NCBI GenBank assembly: GCA_965153355.1
Contig: OZ231126.1
Span: forward strand, 38,564,001-38,628,000
From: Flaccisagitta enflata
Lineage: Eukaryota
Length of the DNA stretch: 64,000 nucleotides
Reading direction: 5' to 3'
Under the pieces are notes generated by a model. It saw only the letters and a list, made by a program, of their open reading frames with translations. It searched no databases and was not told the DNA's origin. The stretch's first letter is position 1; the number at the start of each line of letters is the position of its first letter. Positions 63,110 to 64,000 of the stretch are shown here, in pieces. The translations under genes were made by a program, and so were the position numbers.

Positions 63110-63460
63110 AATGTTTATGTTGTGATATTGAATGTTTATGTTTTACTGTTGAATGTGTATGTTTCGATATCAAATATTTACTATGTTTATGTTTCAATAT
63201 TGAATGTTAATATTTCAGTATCGAACGTTTATGTTTCAATATTGAATGCTTGTGTTTTAATGTTTGTTTCAAAATCCAATGTTAATGTTTTAATATTGAA
63301 TATTTATGTTTTGATATTGAATCTTTGTTTTGATATCCAATGGCAATGTTTATGTTTTGATATTGAATGTTTATGTTTAGTATTGAATGTTTTTTGTTTT
63401 GATATTGAATGTTTATGTTTTAATATTGAATGTTTGTATCAATATCGAATGTTTATGTTT
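63110..63460 (+). repeat. Degenerate ~21-bp minisatellite (ATATTGAATGTTTATGTTTTG)n
   Basis: Recurrent unit seen directly. Confidence 0.85.
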
Positions 63461-64000
63461 CATTACCCTGCAATCAAAAGCAACTGTTACCAGTAAAACC
63501 TTTATTGTGCTTAAAATATTTATTTTAAGAAATTTGGACTGGTTCTGTCTGAAAACACATTACCTACCATTTATTCATGCAAAATTTTAGTGTCTCTTGC
63601 GTTTTAGCTTCCACATGGTTTTGACTGAAGATGTAATTTACCCCATATGAGGCTTATGAAAATATTGATAAACTGATATCTATAGCTTTAAATCAATGTT
63701 ATTTCATTACAAATCAATCAAAAATGATCAGATTGGTCTTAAAAGTAAGATATTAGTCTCAGCTTATGCATTTCTAAAAAAATATACCAAAATACTGAAA
63801 TTCATTGGGAAATTCTAATTTTTTCCAATGATTTTTTTCTGTTTGATTAGGTTTTGTGTCACATCACTGATCATTGAAGACCTAAATCTCCACAGAAATG
63901 GCAAAAAAATCAAAGACTATGCTGCAGAAGGGTCAATTACCCACAATTATGAGGGTATATTTATATAAACTAGCTTAAAGACACAATTTTTGAGCAAAAA

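Overview
Intron-rich, microsatellite- and MITE-dense animal (invertebrate-type) genomic DNA. It contains five main elements. (1) 942-31879 (+): the 3' ~1,490 codons (30 phase-consistent GT-AG exons, 5' part outside the window) of a TRPM2-like channel, with MHR region, S1-S6, TRP box WKFQR, coiled coil and C-terminal NUDT9-H domain. Unexpectedly, a von Willebrand factor A (VWA) domain is spliced in frame between the coiled coil and NUDT9-H. (2) One VWA exon is interrupted by an intact 3.57-kb antisense APE-RT LINE with a 12-bp TSD, an (ACA)n tail, a 2A-like NPGP motif and a 25-proline run; read-through hits a premature stop. (3) A complete 5-exon TSPO (TspO/MBR) gene, missed by the ORF track, is nested antisense in a TRPM intron (6275-7635). 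(4) Two tandem QRICH2/C16orf96-like (DUF4795) paralogues (32626-45526 and 46391-51052) have markedly different intron patterns. (5) A 5'-truncated CRE-clade RT-RLE retrotransposon lies at 59231-61369. There are also many non-autonomous DNA elements (a Transib-like element with 5-bp TSD, a 1.9-kb foldback, TA/TTAA MITEs, Helentron/DINE-like repeats) and simple repeats. All gene models were spliced by hand and need transcript confirmation.
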